A stretch of DNA of 64,000 nt from Chiloscyllium plagiosum (Eukaryota): NCBI RefSeq assembly GCF_004010195.1, contig NC_057720.1, positions 33,408,195 through 33,472,194 of the forward strand, written 5' to 3'. Shown one piece after another: positions 61,755 through 64,000 of the stretch. Position 1 is the stretch's first letter. Every line of letters starts with the position of its first letter. Made by a program: the position numbers and the translations under genes. The notes beneath the pieces are model-generated. The model was not told the DNA's origin. It was given only the letters and a program-made list of their open reading frames with translations, and did no database searches.

Positions 61755-63500
61755 TTAGGGAAAACCCAAAGGCGTTCTGCACTTAGTGAAGAATAAGTGA
61801 ATGATCAGAGAGAGGATATTGCTGATCAGAGATAGTGGAAGGATCTTGAGCCTGGTGTCTGAAGAGGTAGGGGCAGCCTAAATTAGTTTTTTGCGTCAGT
61901 ATTCACATGCGAGATGGACCTTGTTGACAGTGAGAACACCGTGGAACAGGTTGATAGGCTTGAACAGCTGGCTATCAAGGAAGTGGATATGCAGGGTTCA
62001 GGGCTGGACTAGATATATCCAAGGTAACTACAATGAGATTGCTGCACCTCTGGTGATAGTCTTTGCATCCTCACTCTGAGGGGGAGTAGTACCGGCTGAC
62101 TGGAGGAAGGCGAATGTTGTTCCTCTATTCAAGAAAGGGAATAGGAAAATCCCTGAGAATTATAGACCAGTCAGTCTTACATCTGTGTTAAGCAAGGTAC
62201 TGGAAAGGATTCTGAAAGACAGGATTTATGACTATTTGGAAAAACATTGTTTGATTAAAGATAGTCAGCATGGCTTTCTGAGGGGCTGACCATGCCTCAC
62301 AAACCTTATTGAGTTCTTTGAGGACGTGATGAGACAAATTGATGAAGGTCAAGTAGGGGTTGTGGTGTATATGGATTTCGGTAAGGCATTTGATAAGGTT
62401 CCTCACAGTAGGCTCATTCAGAAAGTTAGGAGGTATGGAATACAGGCAAGTTGGCTGTCTGGATACAGAATTGGCTGGCCGAAAGAAGACAGTGAGTGGT
62501 AGCGGATGGAAAGTATTCCACCTGGAGGTCGGTGACCAGTGGTGTCACACAGGGATCTGTTCATGGGCCTCTGCTGTTTGTAGTTTTTATAAATGACTAG
62601 AATGAAGAAGTGTAAGTGTAGGTTAGTAAGTTTGCCGATAGCACAAATGTCAGTAGTGTTGTAGATAGTCTCAAGGTCTGTTGCAGACTACAACATGCAT
62701 TGGCAGGGTGCAGAGCTGGGCTGAGAAGTGGCAGATGGAGTTCAACCTGGATAAATGCGAAGTGATTCATTTTGGAAGGTTGAATTTGAAGGTCGAATTT
62801 GAATAGGGTTAAAGACAGGATTCTTGGGAGTGTGAATGAACAGTTGGATCTTGGGATCCATGTATATGGATCCCTCAAAGTTGCCACCCAAGTTGATAGG
62901 GTTGTTAAGAAGGCTTATAGTGTTTTGACTTTCATTAACAGGGGGATTGTGTTTAAGAGCCGAGGGTTTTGCTGCCGCTCCGTAAAATCACACTGGGAAT
63001 ATTGTGTCCAGTTCTGATCGCCTCATTTTCGGAAGGATAGAGATGCTTTCGAGAGGGTGTCGAGATGATTGACAGGATGCTGCCTGAATTGGAAGGTTGG
63101 TTTGATGAAGAGAGGTTGAGTGAGCTCGGGTTTTTCACACTGAAAAGAGTAAGGAAGAGAGGTGACTTGATTGAGATGTACAATGTAATGAGAGGCATAG
63201 AAAGAGTAGATAGCCAGCTACTTTTCCCCAGGGCAGAAATGGCTGTCATGAGGGGCCATAATTTTAAGGTGATTGGAAGGTGTGGGGGAGATGTCAGAGA
63301 TAGGTTCTTTATGTAGAGAGTGGTGGATGCGTGGAATGCATTGCCAACGGTAAAGTCAGAGACATGAGGGACATTGAAGCGACTGCTGGACAAGCACATG
63401 GACAGCAGTAAATTGAGGGGTGTGTGGGTTAGGTTGATCTTAGATTAAGATAAATGCTCAGCACAACATCGTGGGCTGAAAGGCCTGTACTGTTCTATAT
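61755..63500 (+). mobile_element. Degenerate CR1 ORF2 (RT) to 3' tail
   Basis: EIAAPLVIVFASSL, DWRKANVVPLFKKG, YMDFGKAFDKVPH, SKFAD, EYCVQF. Confidence 0.95.
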
Positions 63501-63889
63501 GCATCTTAATGTAAACTAGTGTTGCGCATGGCTGTTTGGTGTAGTGTGTGGAATGATTTACATGGTGGCAAACCCACACAACTTAGAATATTGTAGACAA
63601 GTACTGCACCCTCTCTGAAACTTAATTATATATTTTGTCACCTTTTGAATTCATTGCCATAAGGTTTTTTGTGATCCGTGTGAAATAAGACTTGCTTGAA
63701 GGAGAAGGATCTTCTTTAATTCTGAGGCCATATAGTTGACAGTTTAGAGAGTTATCCGACAATCAATCCCCAAGATTATGATAACAAGATTTTATTCTAT
63801 TATGCAGAATGAGAAAGTAAATCTAAAAATTCTCCAATTGTCTCTGTCTTATTACCTTTGATTTGAAAACAGGCACCATATTAAACTTT

Positions 63890-64000
63890 TGATGGGCTTT
63901 TGCCCGAAATGTCGATTTTCCTGCTCCTCGGATGCTGCCTGACCTGCTGTGCTTTTCCAGCACCACTCTAATCTTGACTCTGATCTCCAGCATCTGCAGT
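63890..64000 (+). mobile_element. Family-A PLE tail (runs off the window)
   Basis: gggcttttgcccgaaatgtcgattttcctgctcctcggatgctgcc. Confidence 0.85.

Overview
Repeat-rich vertebrate genomic DNA, almost certainly a cartilaginous fish (shark): it carries HE1-type V-SINEs, many CR1 and L2 LINE remnants and Penelope-like elements (PLEs). The only host gene I can support is the 5' half of a minus-strand fatty-acid elongase, most like elovl8. It has three coding exons with clean GT/AG splice sites (5009-4952, 4172-3985, 244-164) and a probable non-coding first exon/promoter near 31.7-32 kb; the gene runs off the left edge. The most striking non-gene signal is a set of minimal type-I hammerhead ribozyme (HHR) motifs in four sequence families. 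They sit at the 3' ends of two GIY-YIG PLEs and in more than 10 short (about 90-230 bp) insertions, many of them head-to-head palindromes with 9-22 bp target-site duplications (TSDs). Other observations: a fossil PIF/Harbinger transposase split by three nested retro-insertions, a complex PLE-centred duplication/inversion at 34.5-38 kb, and a candidate recursive splice site in the long elovl8 intron. Repeat boundaries are approximate (read by eye) and family names come from recalled motifs, not database searches.
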